From: Syntrophales bacterium
Lineage (GTDB): Bacteria; Desulfobacterota; Syntrophia; Syntrophales; UBA2251
Reading direction: 5' to 3'
Assembly (NCBI GenBank): GCA_023230905.1
Contig: JALNWL010000002.1
Coordinates: 1 to 45,069, forward strand
DNA length: 45,069 nucleotides
Below are positions 1-8,916 of this stretch, piece by piece. Below the pieces are notes generated by a model, which saw only the letters and a program-made list of their open reading frames with translations, did no database searches and was not told the DNA's origin. The translations under genes and the position numbers were made by a program. Position 1 is the stretch's first letter, and the number at the start of each line of letters is the position of its first letter.

Positions 1-18
1 AGGGCGAATGGAATGCGA

Positions 19-387
19 TCAGGCGGGGGGAAGACCGCCGCGGAACATGAAGTAGGCGGCGCCGACCAGGCAAAGCCCCGCCCACAGGTAGTCCCATTTG
101 AGCGGCTGCTTCATGACGAGAAAGACGAATCCGGCAAAGACCGTCATGGTGATGATCTCCTGGATCACCTTCAGCTGACCGAGGTTGTAATAGTGGAACC
201 CGATGCGATTGGCGGGGACCTGGAGGGTGTACTCGAACAGGGCGATGCCCCAGCTCAGCAGGATGACGACCAGGAGCGGCCGGCCGTTCATGTACTTGAG
301 ATGGCCGTACCAGGCGAACGTCATGAAGAGGTTCGAGAAAAACAACAGCACGACGGTTTTGTACACCGGAAACGGACCCCTGCGCAA
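19..387 (-). CDS. small DMT-superfamily (DUF486-like) membrane protein
   Basis: 122-aa ORF made almost entirely of hydrophobic helices (FAWYGHLKY, LKVIQEIITM motifs). The overlapping + ORFs are Arg/Gly/Asp-rich shadows. Confidence 0.65.
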   Translation of the reverse strand: MRRGPFPVYKTVVLLFFSNLFMTFAWYGHLKYMNGRPLLVVILLSWGIALFEYTLQVPANRIGFHYYNLGQLKVIQEIITMTVFAGFVFLVMKQPLKWDYLWAGLCLVGAAYFMFRGGLPPA

Positions 388-700
388 GGTTTTCGTCCGC
401 TCGCGTGACCCCGGCCGCGTCCTTCCGGCGGCGTACGTGCACGGCGCGTTGAGGTATAGACAAGAAGCCTCGGGAAATCAAGGAAAAATACGCCCGGCCC
501 CGGCTCGACGCCGGACGGTCCGTCTTCGGATCCCCGATGGTAATGTCGGGAGTTTTGAGTCAGAGTCAAGCGGAGGTCTTGACAACGGCACCGGGATGCG
601 TCTATTTAAAGCAAGTGGGTCCGTCGGAGCGATCAAGATTCCGGGATCCTGACCATGAGCCGCGTTGCCCGGACGTTCGCGAACCGGGAAGGGAGGCAGC

Positions 701-1525
701 ATGTCCTTCAGACCCGCATGGTGGCTGGCTGTTCTGGCCAGGATCTGGCCCTTGACCTGGATCAGTGCGCGCATGACGCGATGGCCCGTCGTCGGCCGGG
801 TGGTCGCCTGGGGCAGCCTGCCCCTTTTTGCCGGGAAAAACCTCAATATTACCTACCTCCCCGTCAACGAAGAGGTCGGAGGCACCGCAAACACGCTCCT
901 GCCCCGCCAGGTCGTGGAGGCGCTCATCCGCCGTTCCGCCCATCGGGTCATCATCAACCGCTGCACCTGCCGGGACGCGAAATCGTGCCGCCGCCATCCC
1001 GTCACGATGGGCTGCACCCTCCTGGGGGAGGGGACGAAGGAGATCGATCCCCGGATCGCCCGCCACGCCACCGTGGAGGAGGCCCTGGCGCATCTGGATG
1101 ACGCCCTTCGGGAAGGCCTCATCCCCATGACCGGACGCGTCCGGATCGACAACTTCATCTGGGGGGTGAAGGACCGAGGGAAACTGCTGACGATCTGTTA
1201 CTGCTGCCGGTGCTGCTGCACGATCATGAATTCCGGCCGTTATCTGCCGGCTGAGGCCCAGGCGGCCATTCATCCGCTGGCCGGGCTTACGATCAGCGTC
1301 GATCCGGACCTGTGTGTGCGGTGCGGCGCCTGTGTGGAGGAGTGCTTCATGGGGGCGATCCGCCTGGAGGACGGGGAGATCGTTCACGACGCGGTCCTGT
1401 GCAAGGGCTGCGGCCGCTGCGCCGCCGTCTGCCCGCAGGCCGCCATTCGCGTGGTGGTGGCGGACGTGAACCGTGCCGTGGCGGAACTGATGGGGCGGAT
1501 CGACAGCCTCGTCCGCTATGAGTGA
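701..1525 (+). CDS. 4Fe-4S dicluster domain protein with a Cys-rich N-terminal domain
   Basis: Two ferredoxin motifs, CVRCGACVEEC and CKGCGRCAAVCP, at the C-terminus. Start moved to ATG 701, which follows GGGAGG; the ORF-track start is 665. Confidence 0.7.
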   Translation: MSFRPAWWLAVLARIWPLTWISARMTRWPVVGRVVAWGSLPLFAGKNLNITYLPVNEEVGGTANTLLPRQVVEALIRRSAHRVIINRCTCRDAKSCRRHPVTMGCTLLGEGTKEIDPRIARHATVEEALAHLDDALREGLIPMTGRVRIDNFIWGVKDRGKLLTICYCCRCCCTIMNSGRYLPAEAQAAIHPLAGLTISVDPDLCVRCGACVEECFMGAIRLEDGEIVHDAVLCKGCGRCAAVCPQAAIRVVVADVNRAVAELMGRIDSLVRYE

Positions 1526-1605
1526 GGTGCAGCGGTCACCCTCCCCGTGATGTCGAAGGCGCCTCCCGTTCTCCGGAGCCCCGCACCCGCGCTCCCCGCG
1601 CTCTC

Positions 1606-1634
1606 TTGACACGGCTGCATCCAAGACTTAATAT
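1606..1634 (+). promoter_or_regulatory. sigma-70-type promoter candidate (TTGACA-17 bp-TAATAT)
   Basis: Consensus -35 at 1606-1611, exact 17-bp spacer, TAATAT at 1629-1634. Lies about 80 bp upstream of ATG 1713. Confidence 0.4.
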
Positions 1635-1712
1635 AGAGCCACGCCTCAGCGAGTGACGCGTCCACCGGTTTACATCCTGTCAATGGCTACGGAAGAGATG
1701 AAGGAGGGGGTC

Positions 1713-2159
1713 ATGAGAGCATTCGCGGACAAGTTGATCGACATCCTGGAACGCCACACCGAAGAAGTTGCGCGACAATGGAGCAAGGCCGTACGCTCCA
1801 ACCCCCGAACCCCTTTCTATCACGCGCTGTCGGAAGAAGACTACGTCCAGTGGGGGATCAGCTTCTACGAGAACCTGCGGAAGCTGTACTTCTCCGCACG
1901 CCCCTACCCGGAGGTGGATGAGTTCTTCTCCCGTCTCGGGCGGGAGATGTTCAACAAGGGCATCCCCCTGGAGGAGGCCGTTTACACCCTCATCCTGCTT
2001 CGCCGCCACATCTGGCTTTTCGCCGATTTCAACGTGGTCTTCGTGACCACCTTGGATATGCATCAGGCGGTGGAAAGCATCAACCGGACCATCCAGATGT
2101 TCGACCAGGGGATCTTCGTCGTGACCCGGAAGTACGGAGAACTGACGAAGTCCCGCTGA
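1713..2159 (+). CDS. hypothetical protein resembling an RsbR-N-type helical sensor domain
   Basis: Coding-like composition. ATG 1713 has AGGAGG 6 nt upstream; the track start at 1653 (GTG) lies too close to the promoter. Family assignment is only a resemblance. Confidence 0.5.
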   Translation: MRAFADKLIDILERHTEEVARQWSKAVRSNPRTPFYHALSEEDYVQWGISFYENLRKLYFSARPYPEVDEFFSRLGREMFNKGIPLEEAVYTLILLRRHIWLFADFNVVFVTTLDMHQAVESINRTIQMFDQGIFVVTRKYGELTKSR

Positions 2160-2284
2160 ACGTCCGGGGCCATCCGATGCCCGCGCGCGGAGGGCCTTTC
2201 GCTTTTGCCGAGTGACCTCTGGCATAGAGTAAACCCGGTGCCCGCGCGCCCGTGACCATCCTGACGTTTGTCGTTCCGGTGCCG

Positions 2285-4372
2285 TTATCCCCGCGCCAGA
2301 AGGTCGTAGAGGCGGATCAGTTCCCCCACGCTCCAGGCCTGGTCGATGCACCCGTCGGGACGGTGAGGGGCTTCTCCGCTGAAGATTTCGGAGATACCGC
2401 CCACGCCCGCCTCGGGCAGGTGCGCCTGCAGAAATGAACGCAAATGGCGGAGGAGAACCGTCCGGGCGGCGTGCCGGTTTTCGGCCACCCGCAGGGTCGC
2501 CTCTCCGAAATGGCCGAGGAGCCAGGGCCAGACCGTTCCCTGGTGGTACGCCCCATCCCGTGCGGCCGGATCGCCGCCGTAAACGCCCCGGTACGCGGGA
2601 TCCTCCGGCGAAAGGGTGCGCAGGCCGCACGGCGTGAGCAGATGGTCGGTCACCGTGTGCACCACGGCCTTCCATTTGAACGGGTCCAGGGGAGAAAAGG
2701 GGAGGGAAACGGCCAGGATCTGGTTGGGACGGATGGCGCGATCGAGCCGGTTCCCGGCGTAGACGTCGCCCAGGTAGTGTTCCGACTCGAGCCAGAAGGT
2801 ATCCTGAAACGACTGGCGGATCTTGCGGAGCATGCCCTCGAGATCGATGTCCTGCTTCCCGAATCGGTGGGACAACTGTTCGGAGAAGGCGAGGGCGTTG
2901 TACCACAGGGCATTGATCTCCACGGCGCAGCCGTCCCGGGGCGTGACCGGTCGGCCTCCGACCTGGGCGTCCATCCACGTGAGGGCGTCCCTCCCGTCGC
3001 CGGCGTGCAGCAACCCCCGGTCGTCCATGCCGATGTTCAGGCGCGTGCCGTCCAGGAAGTGCGTCAGGATCCGCGTCATGACGGGCCAGAACCTCAGGCG
3101 GACGCGTTCCGGGTCCCCCCCGTAAAGGAGGTACTGCTGAACCGCCCAGAAAAACCACAGCGAGGCGTCCACCGTGTTGTAGGGAGGATCGCTTCCGTCT
3201 TCGGTGAAATAATTGGGCAGGAGGCCGTCCCGTTCGTGGTCCCCCAGGGTGTCCAGGATTGCGGCACCTTCCTCCATCTGGCCGCGGCAGAAAGCGATCC
3301 CCGGCAGGGCGATGAGGGTGTCACGACCCCAGTCTCCGAACCAGGGATAGCCGGCGATCACGGCCGGCCGGCCGGCCGGGGTCGTCACGAGGAATCGCCG
3401 GGCGGCCCTGAAAAGCCGCTCCCGGCAGGAACAATCTTCGGCCGCCAGGCCGCCGGCGGACGAATCCTCCGGTCCGGGTGGGGGGGCGATCCTTCCCGGC
3501 TCTGAAACCTTCCCTTCCGTCGTCGCCGTCCGCCGCCCGTCCGCTTCCCGCTGCCAGAGGCGGTGCAGCGCCGTGTTGCCCGGCGTCGTCGCCGCGCGTA
3601 CGAGAATGGCCTGGCCGGTGCGAATCGGCACTTCGAGGATACCGGGCGTGAACAGATCCTCATGCCCGTCATAGCCCCGTTCCTGCTCCCGGACGTATTC
3701 AAAGTTTTCATACCAGGCGGGGGCCTCGATGAAGCGGCCCTTCCGGTTGGTCTGGAGATACAGGGGGGGCATGCCCTGATAGGGGTTCATGAAAAATCCA
3801 TTGGGTGCCGGCTGTACCTCGGCCCGCAGGAAGGGGTTCCGGCGGCTCAGTTCGTGACGGCCCCGGTAGGCGAGGAAGGGTCTCAGGCGCAGCACGGCGC
3901 CGGCCGGAGCGGCCTCCAGGTTGTAATGGACGAGGACGGCATCCTCCCCGGCGATCATCAGGACGGATTTGCGCAGGCGGATCGTTCCGCCGGCCGGGGT
4001 GTCCCCCTTGATTCCCGCGGTCGTCCCCGGGCCGGGGAGGGACGCCGTGTAAAGAAACGAGGGATAACCGTCCAGGATAAATTCCCGGAGCAGGACCTCG
4101 TCGGGGAAAAGGGTTCCCGGGTACTGATGGCAGGACAGATAGATCTCCCGATCCCGCAGCCGCAAGGAGTCCTCGAATTTGGACAGCAGGACATACCGGC
4201 CCGGGGGAGACGCGAGGTTCGCGACGAGCAGCCCGTGATATTTACGGGTATGGCAGTTAAGCAGGGTGCTGGAGGCGTACCCCCCCCGTCCGTTGGTCTC
4301 GAGCCATTCCCGTTTGAGGAACGATTCGTTCGCGCCGGGTTCGGTCCAGGGAGGGAGTGCGATGTTCATCAT
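2285..4372 (-). CDS. glycogen debranching enzyme / amylo-alpha-1,6-glucosidase family protein
   Basis: 695 aa. The N-terminus (REWLETNGRGGYASSTLLNCHTRKYHGLL) and C-terminal catalytic region (GYPWFGDWGRDT, WMDA, CIDQAWSVGE) are typical of the bacterial GDE_N/GDE_C family. Confidence 0.85.
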   Translation of the reverse strand: MMNIALPPWTEPGANESFLKREWLETNGRGGYASSTLLNCHTRKYHGLLVANLASPPGRYVLLSKFEDSLRLRDREIYLSCHQYPGTLFPDEVLLREFILDGYPSFLYTASLPGPGTTAGIKGDTPAGGTIRLRKSVLMIAGEDAVLVHYNLEAAPAGAVLRLRPFLAYRGRHELSRRNPFLRAEVQPAPNGFFMNPYQGMPPLYLQTNRKGRFIEAPAWYENFEYVREQERGYDGHEDLFTPGILEVPIRTGQAILVRAATTPGNTALHRLWQREADGRRTATTEGKVSEPGRIAPPPGPEDSSAGGLAAEDCSCRERLFRAARRFLVTTPAGRPAVIAGYPWFGDWGRDTLIALPGIAFCRGQMEEGAAILDTLGDHERDGLLPNYFTEDGSDPPYNTVDASLWFFWAVQQYLLYGGDPERVRLRFWPVMTRILTHFLDGTRLNIGMDDRGLLHAGDGRDALTWMDAQVGGRPVTPRDGCAVEINALWYNALAFSEQLSHRFGKQDIDLEGMLRKIRQSFQDTFWLESEHYLGDVYAGNRLDRAIRPNQILAVSLPFSPLDPFKWKAVVHTVTDHLLTPCGLRTLSPEDPAYRGVYGGDPAARDGAYHQGTVWPWLLGHFGEATLRVAENRHAARTVLLRHLRSFLQAHLPEAGVGGISEIFSGEAPHRPDGCIDQAWSVGELIRLYDLLARG

Positions 4373-4411
4373 GACGGGATGTCCTTCTGAAGCCGGCCGA
4401 TCCGGGAGGCG

Positions 4412-5101
4412 TTACGGCAAGGGAAGCACATCGACGCCCGGCGGCGGTTCGAAGCGGAACAACCGATCGGGGAGGCGCCGGTCGGTCTGGACCTGGGTCA
4501 GCGAAAGACGGGTGACGTTTCCGTAGGCGTCCAGAAAGCGGCAGCGGATGACCAGGTGACGCTCCGGATCGACCGTTACGACGATATCCGACGCCCCCGT
4601 GTCCCGGCCTTTCGGGGTCAGGAGGAGCAGATAGTTCCCTTCCCGGTCCTTCCCGGATGGCTGGGCGAAACGGATCTCGAAGTCTTCCTGCAGCCGCGAA
4701 AATCCGGAAAAAAGCCGAACGGCCGTCTGGGATTTCAGCAGCGCCCCCGTCTTCTGCGTATAGGCGGCCTGGTCCTCGGGGATATACAGCCAGGTCTGCC
4801 GCTGATTGATGATCAGCTTCTTGACCCGGGGTTTGTGATAATGCCAGAGCATCCGCTGGGGCTTTTTCCAGTAGAGAGTTCCCTCCTCACGGTCCGTCCG
4901 CTGCATCGCGCTGAGCGTGATTTCCTGCGCAAAGCGCGCCCGAAGATCGGTCATGCCGTCGTATTGCCGCTGAATGCCGGCGATGACCTCCGACAGGGGC
5001 GGGAGGTCCGCCCCGGCGGGGCTGGCCCCGATCAGTGACAGCACCGTCATCGAGATCACCAGCAGGGCCCGTTGAAGGGTTCTTGTCCCCCGAGCGTTCA
5101 C
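4412..5101 (-). CDS. lolA: outer-membrane lipoprotein carrier protein LolA
   Basis: 229 aa with a signal peptide and a LolA-like core (FxQ..., EGTLYWKKPQRMLWHY). GTG start. Confidence 0.8.
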   Translation of the reverse strand: MNARGTRTLQRALLVISMTVLSLIGASPAGADLPPLSEVIAGIQRQYDGMTDLRARFAQEITLSAMQRTDREEGTLYWKKPQRMLWHYHKPRVKKLIINQRQTWLYIPEDQAAYTQKTGALLKSQTAVRLFSGFSRLQEDFEIRFAQPSGKDREGNYLLLLTPKGRDTGASDIVVTVDPERHLVIRCRFLDAYGNVTRLSLTQVQTDRRLPDRLFRFEPPPGVDVLPLP

Positions 5102-5155
5102 GTCCTGGTCCTTTCATTTTCGGGCCGTCAAATATCGTGCCTGCGTCTTCGAAAA

Positions 5156-5179
5156 ACGGCCCTTTCAGGCCACTTTTTT
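5156..5179 (-). terminator. weak hairpin plus U-run, read on the minus strand
   Basis: Minus-strand RNA GUGGCC-UGAAAG-GGCCGU followed by UUUUU. Lies between ilvE and lolA. Short stem with two G-U pairs. Confidence 0.3.
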
Positions 5180-5341
5180 AATTAAAGTTAATATCCCATG
5201 CCCGAAAGAGGCGATAAATGAAGGAATTTCAGGATATATAATCTAACTCATCGATAATATTGGAAATTGTTGTTGCCCAAACCTTATGCAATGTGGTAGA
5301 AAAGTGTCGCAATTGCAGACTTAGGGCAGTTATAAACATCG

Positions 5342-5375
5342 TTATCCACAACCTTCTCCACAGGATTGTGGATTT
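5342..5375. promoter_or_regulatory. cluster of DnaA-box-like 9-mers
   Basis: TTATCCACA (5342-5350, perfect consensus), TTCTCCACA (5354-5362, 8/9), and inverted AAATCCACA (reverse complement of 5367-5375, 7/9). Sits at the edge of an AT-rich island. Confidence 0.35.
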
Positions 5376-5449
5376 CTTGCCAAGTCCCTGTATCAACGGC
5401 CGTATCGACCCCGGTATGAGGAGCGCACTGGGGGTCGGTCTGTCATTCC

Positions 5450-6523
5450 CTAAGCGATCTGGATCCGCCAGCCGAAGGGATCGTCCTTCTCGCCATATTG
5501 AATCTGAAGGATCTCGTTGTAGAGCCGCTCCGTCAGGGCGCCGGTCTTGCCGCCATTGATCACGTGCTCCTTGCCCTGGTAGTAGATCTGGCCGATGGGG
5601 GAAACGATCGCCGCCGTTCCGGAGGCAAAGGCCTCCTTCAGGACGCCGCTGCCGGCGGCCTCGATCACTTCCGCGATGGCCACGGGTCGCTCCACCACAC
5701 GGCAGCCCCAGTGGCGGGCGATCTGGAGGATGGAGTTGCGCGTGACGCCGGGGAGGATCGATCCGGCGAGCGGGGGGGTGACCAACTCGTCCCCGATGAC
5801 GAAGAAGATGTTGCTTGTTCCCACTTCCTCTGCGTATTTCCGTTCGATGGCGTCCAGCCACAGGACCTGGGTGTAACCCATGTCCGATGCGATTCGGCTG
5901 GCGTAGAGGCTGGCCGCGTAGTTCCCGGCGGCCTTGCAATTCCCCATGCCCCCCCGCACGGCGCGCACGTAGTCCTCGCTGACGAAGATCTTGGTCGGCG
6001 CGAAGCCTTCCGCATAGTAAGCGCCCACGGGACCGACCACGATGAAGAGAAGGTATGCCCCGGCCGGATGCACGCCGAGCGCGGGCTCCGTGGCGATCAT
6101 CGTGGGGCGGATGTACAGGGAGGCGCCCCGGCTGTGAGGGATCCAGTCCTTCTCCACGCGGACCAGCTCCTTCAGCGCGTCGAGAAACAGGGCGGGGTCG
6201 ACGGGGGGCATGCAGAGCCGCTCGGCGGAGGCGTTCATCCGACGGATGTTTTCCTCCGGACGGAAGAGGTAAATGGCGCCGCCCTGACCGCGATAGGCCT
6301 TCAGCCCTTCGAAGATCTCCTGCCCGTAGTGCAGGCACATGGCCGTCGGGTCCAGGGAGAGGGGCTGGTAAGGTCCGATCAGTGCATCGTGCCAGCCGAG
6401 CGCGGTGTCGTATTTCAGGGTGAACATATGATCGGTGAAGAACTTTCCGAATCCCAGCTTGGATTCGTCGGCCGGCTTCGCTTTTCTTTTTTCGGGGGGA
6501 AGCTCCCTGATCGTGATTTCCAT
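5450..6523 (-). CDS. ilvE: branched-chain amino acid aminotransferase
   Basis: Class IV aminotransferase hallmarks (GFGKFFTDHMF, EGLKAYR, NYAASL, GTAAIVSPIG). Start set at the second ATG (6523), 6 nt after AGAGGA. Confidence 0.9.
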   Translation of the reverse strand: MEITIRELPPEKRKAKPADESKLGFGKFFTDHMFTLKYDTALGWHDALIGPYQPLSLDPTAMCLHYGQEIFEGLKAYRGQGGAIYLFRPEENIRRMNASAERLCMPPVDPALFLDALKELVRVEKDWIPHSRGASLYIRPTMIATEPALGVHPAGAYLLFIVVGPVGAYYAEGFAPTKIFVSEDYVRAVRGGMGNCKAAGNYAASLYASRIASDMGYTQVLWLDAIERKYAEEVGTSNIFFVIGDELVTPPLAGSILPGVTRNSILQIARHWGCRVVERPVAIAEVIEAAGSGVLKEAFASGTAAIVSPIGQIYYQGKEHVINGGKTGALTERLYNEILQIQYGEKDDPFGWRIQIA

Positions 6524-6587
6524 ACACATTCCTCTTTTCTTCGAGATCTCCCTGGCTGTGTGAAGCTACACGGTTCCCTGCATACCA

Positions 6588-8117
6588 CTAAATCAGCGCG
6601 CGATCAAGGGTCCGATAGTGGATGGCCTCGGCGACGTGGGGTGACCGGATGTCCGCTTCGCTCTCGAGGTCGGCGATGGTCCGGGCGACCTTGAGGATGC
6701 GCGTGTAGGCCCGGGCGGAGAGCCCCAGGCGGTCGACGGCCATCTCCAGGAGGCGCTGCGACTCGGTGTCGAGGGCGCAGAATGCCTTCAGTTGCGGGTC
6801 GGTCAGGCGGGTGTTCGTGAAGAGGGGATGATCGGGGAGGCGCTCCCGCTGGCACCGGCGGGCCGCCTCGATCCGCGCCTTGATGGCGGCGGAGGGCTCG
6901 GCCGTTTGGCGGGCCGCCAGCTCCCGGTACCGGACGGCGGGGACGTCGATGTGGATATCGATCCGGTCGAGCAGGGGCCCGGAGATCCGCCCCTGGTACT
7001 GGCGGATCTGCCGCGGGCTGCACCGGCACGCCCGTCGGGGATCCCCGTAGAATCCGCAGGCGCAGGGGTTCATGGCTGCGATCAGCATGAAGCGGGCGGG
7101 ATAGGTCGTCCGCATCAGAGAACGGCTGATCGTGACCGTCCCGTCTTCCAGGGGCTGGCGCAGCGACTCGAGGGTGTTCTTCCGAAACTCCGGAAGCTCG
7201 TCGAGAAAAAGCACCCCTTGGTGGGCGAGGCTGATCTCCCCCGGGTGGGGAACGTGCCCGCCGCCGACCATCCCGGCATCGGAGATGCTGTGGTGCGGGG
7301 CGCGAAACGGCCGGGTCGCCAGAAAGGCCTGCTTCCGGTCCAGAAGGCCCGCGACGGAATAGATCTTCGTGGTTTCAACGGCCTCGGGGAACGTCAGGTC
7401 GGGGAGAATGGTCGGCAGCCGCTGGGCGAGCATCGTCTTTCCGGCCCCCGGTGGACCGATCATCAACACGTTATGCGAGCCCGCCGCCGCCACTTCCAAG
7501 GCACGCTTGGCCTGCTCCTGACCTCTGATATCCTTGAAGTCGAAGGGGTATCGGTGGCTCTGGCTGAAGACGGCCGCCGCGTCGACGACCACCGGTTCGA
7601 TCGCCCTGCGGCCGGAGAGAAACTCGACCACCTCGGCCAGATTCCCCACGGGCATGACCCCGACATCCTGAACCATGGCGGCTTCACGGGCGTTTTCAAC
7701 GGGGACGATGATGCCTTTTTTCCCCGAGGCCCGCGCCTGGAAGGCGGCGGAGAGAACACCGGGCACGCCCTTGACCGATCCGTCCAGGGACAGTTCTCCC
7801 AGTAGGAGATAGTCCTGCGCCGGTTGAGGCCCTAGGGTCCCATCGGCGGCCAGAATGCCCACGGCCATCGGCAGGTCGAATCCCGTCCCCTCCTTCTTGA
7901 TGTCGGCCGGGGCCAGGTTGACCGTCACGTGGGTCTTCGGGAACGGGTAGCCCGAATTCTTGATGGCCGCCTTGATGCGGTCCTTGCTTTCCCGGACCGC
8001 CACGTCGGGCAGGCCTACGGTGGAGAACTGGGGCAGGCCGGGAGAAATGTCCACCTCGACGGCCACGGGGTAAGCGTCCACGCCGATGATGGCGCTGCTG
8101 AAGACCTTGACGATCAA
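6588..8117 (-). CDS. comM: YifB/ComM family Mg-chelatase-like AAA+ ATPase
   Basis: N-terminal Lon-protease-like domain, Walker A GPPGAGKT, and a ChlI-like C-terminus. TTG start at 8117 is preceded by AGGAGG with a 7-nt spacer; the longest ORF reaches 8156. Confidence 0.9.
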   Translation of the reverse strand: MIVKVFSSAIIGVDAYPVAVEVDISPGLPQFSTVGLPDVAVRESKDRIKAAIKNSGYPFPKTHVTVNLAPADIKKEGTGFDLPMAVGILAADGTLGPQPAQDYLLLGELSLDGSVKGVPGVLSAAFQARASGKKGIIVPVENAREAAMVQDVGVMPVGNLAEVVEFLSGRRAIEPVVVDAAAVFSQSHRYPFDFKDIRGQEQAKRALEVAAAGSHNVLMIGPPGAGKTMLAQRLPTILPDLTFPEAVETTKIYSVAGLLDRKQAFLATRPFRAPHHSISDAGMVGGGHVPHPGEISLAHQGVLFLDELPEFRKNTLESLRQPLEDGTVTISRSLMRTTYPARFMLIAAMNPCACGFYGDPRRACRCSPRQIRQYQGRISGPLLDRIDIHIDVPAVRYRELAARQTAEPSAAIKARIEAARRCQRERLPDHPLFTNTRLTDPQLKAFCALDTESQRLLEMAVDRLGLSARAYTRILKVARTIADLESEADIRSPHVAEAIHYRTLDRALI

Positions 8118-8234
8118 GGGGGTTCCTCCTGCATCGCGATGAGGACGGAAGACCAAGGATGATGCAGGTACCTATAGAAGATGATTTGTGTTTTGGCAAG
8201 AAATATATTGGGGAAAATCTTTTTCCCATCCACC

Positions 8235-8263
8235 TTGACGACGCCGGGGGGCTGTGCTAAGTT
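8235..8263 (+). promoter_or_regulatory. sigma-70-type promoter candidate (TTGACG-17 bp-TAAGTT)
   Basis: Good -35, 17-bp spacer, weak -10. Would give a leader of about 140 nt before moaC. Confidence 0.3.
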
Positions 8264-8270
8264 TCGCCCC

Positions 8271-8412
8271 ACACGTACGCGGACCCCTTCTTTACCCTTC
8301 GACGCAGCCCCGTTCCCGGTAGGCAGGGGGAGGGGCGGTTCGGCAAATCTCCGCCTCCGCGGCGACGGGACGCAGGTGCCTGTCCCGGCGGGGGGAAAAC
8401 GGAAAGGCCATC
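8271..8412 (+). ncRNA. structured 5' leader of moaC, possible Moco-type riboswitch
   Basis: Hairpins GGAGGGGCGG...CCGCCTCC and CGGGAC-N10-GTCCCG are followed by GGAAAGG overlapping the RBS. Position upstream of a molybdopterin gene fits, but I cannot verify the consensus from memory. Confidence 0.3.
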
Positions 8413-8916
8413 ATGCCAACGTTATCTCATCTGGATGAACAGGGTCGGGCGCGGATGGTCGATGTAAGCGTCAAGGCGCCCACCTTGAGGCAGGCGACGG
8501 CCGGGGCGTCGATCCGGATGCGGCGCGAGACGGCCGCCCTGATCGTGGCGGGTCAGATGCCCAAGGGCGATGTCTTTCAGGTGGCCCGGATCGCCGGCAT
8601 CATGGCGGCGAAAAGAACGGGGGACCTGATCCCCCTGTGCCATTCCCTGGAGCTGACGGACGTGGATCTGAGCTTTGCCGTGGACGCCCGTGAAGGGACG
8701 GTGAGCGTCGAGGCTACGGCGAAGACGATCGGAAGGACGGGGGTGGAGATGGAAGCCCTGACGGCCGTCAGCGTAGCGGTCCTGACGATTTACGACATGT
8801 GCAAGGCCGTGGACCGGGGGATGGTCATCGGGGAGGTCATGCTGTTGCACAAACGCGGCGGGAAGAGCGGAGAATACCGGCGGGGCGGCGCCGGAAAAGG
8901 ATCGGACCGGGAATGA
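8413..8916 (+). CDS. moaC: cyclic pyranopterin monophosphate synthase MoaC
   Basis: 167 aa with MVDVS.K, LIPLCH and GVEMEALTA motifs typical of MoaC. Confidence 0.9.
   Translation: MPTLSHLDEQGRARMVDVSVKAPTLRQATAGASIRMRRETAALIVAGQMPKGDVFQVARIAGIMAAKRTGDLIPLCHSLELTDVDLSFAVDAREGTVSVEATAKTIGRTGVEMEALTAVSVAVLTIYDMCKAVDRGMVIGEVMLLHKRGGKSGEYRRGGAGKGSDRE

Noticed and set aside
2177-2250. Repeated TGCCCGCGCGC at about 2177 and about 2238, between convergent genes
   Set aside because: An 11-nt GC-rich repeat in a convergent terminator region. It is likely just hairpin-forming spacer sequence and is not enough to call a repeat family.
602-3158. Long minus-strand ORFs 602..1624 (340 aa) and 1680..3158 (492 aa)
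   Set aside because: These are Arg/Gly/Pro-rich shadows overlapping the ferredoxin-domain gene, the sensor-like gene and the debranching-enzyme gene frame. There is no RBS or motif support.
5160-5400. Calling the AT-rich DnaA-box island the chromosomal origin outright
   Set aside because: There are only three boxes, one of them perfect. No dnaA/dnaN/gidA-type neighbours are present, and strand-skew cannot be computed here. It is kept as a finding to test, not annotated as oriC.
5229-6527. 432-aa ORF in an alternative frame of ilvE, and 99-aa plus ORF 5260..5559
   Set aside because: Off-frame or antisense to ilvE. Their parts inside the AT-rich island have no start or RBS support.
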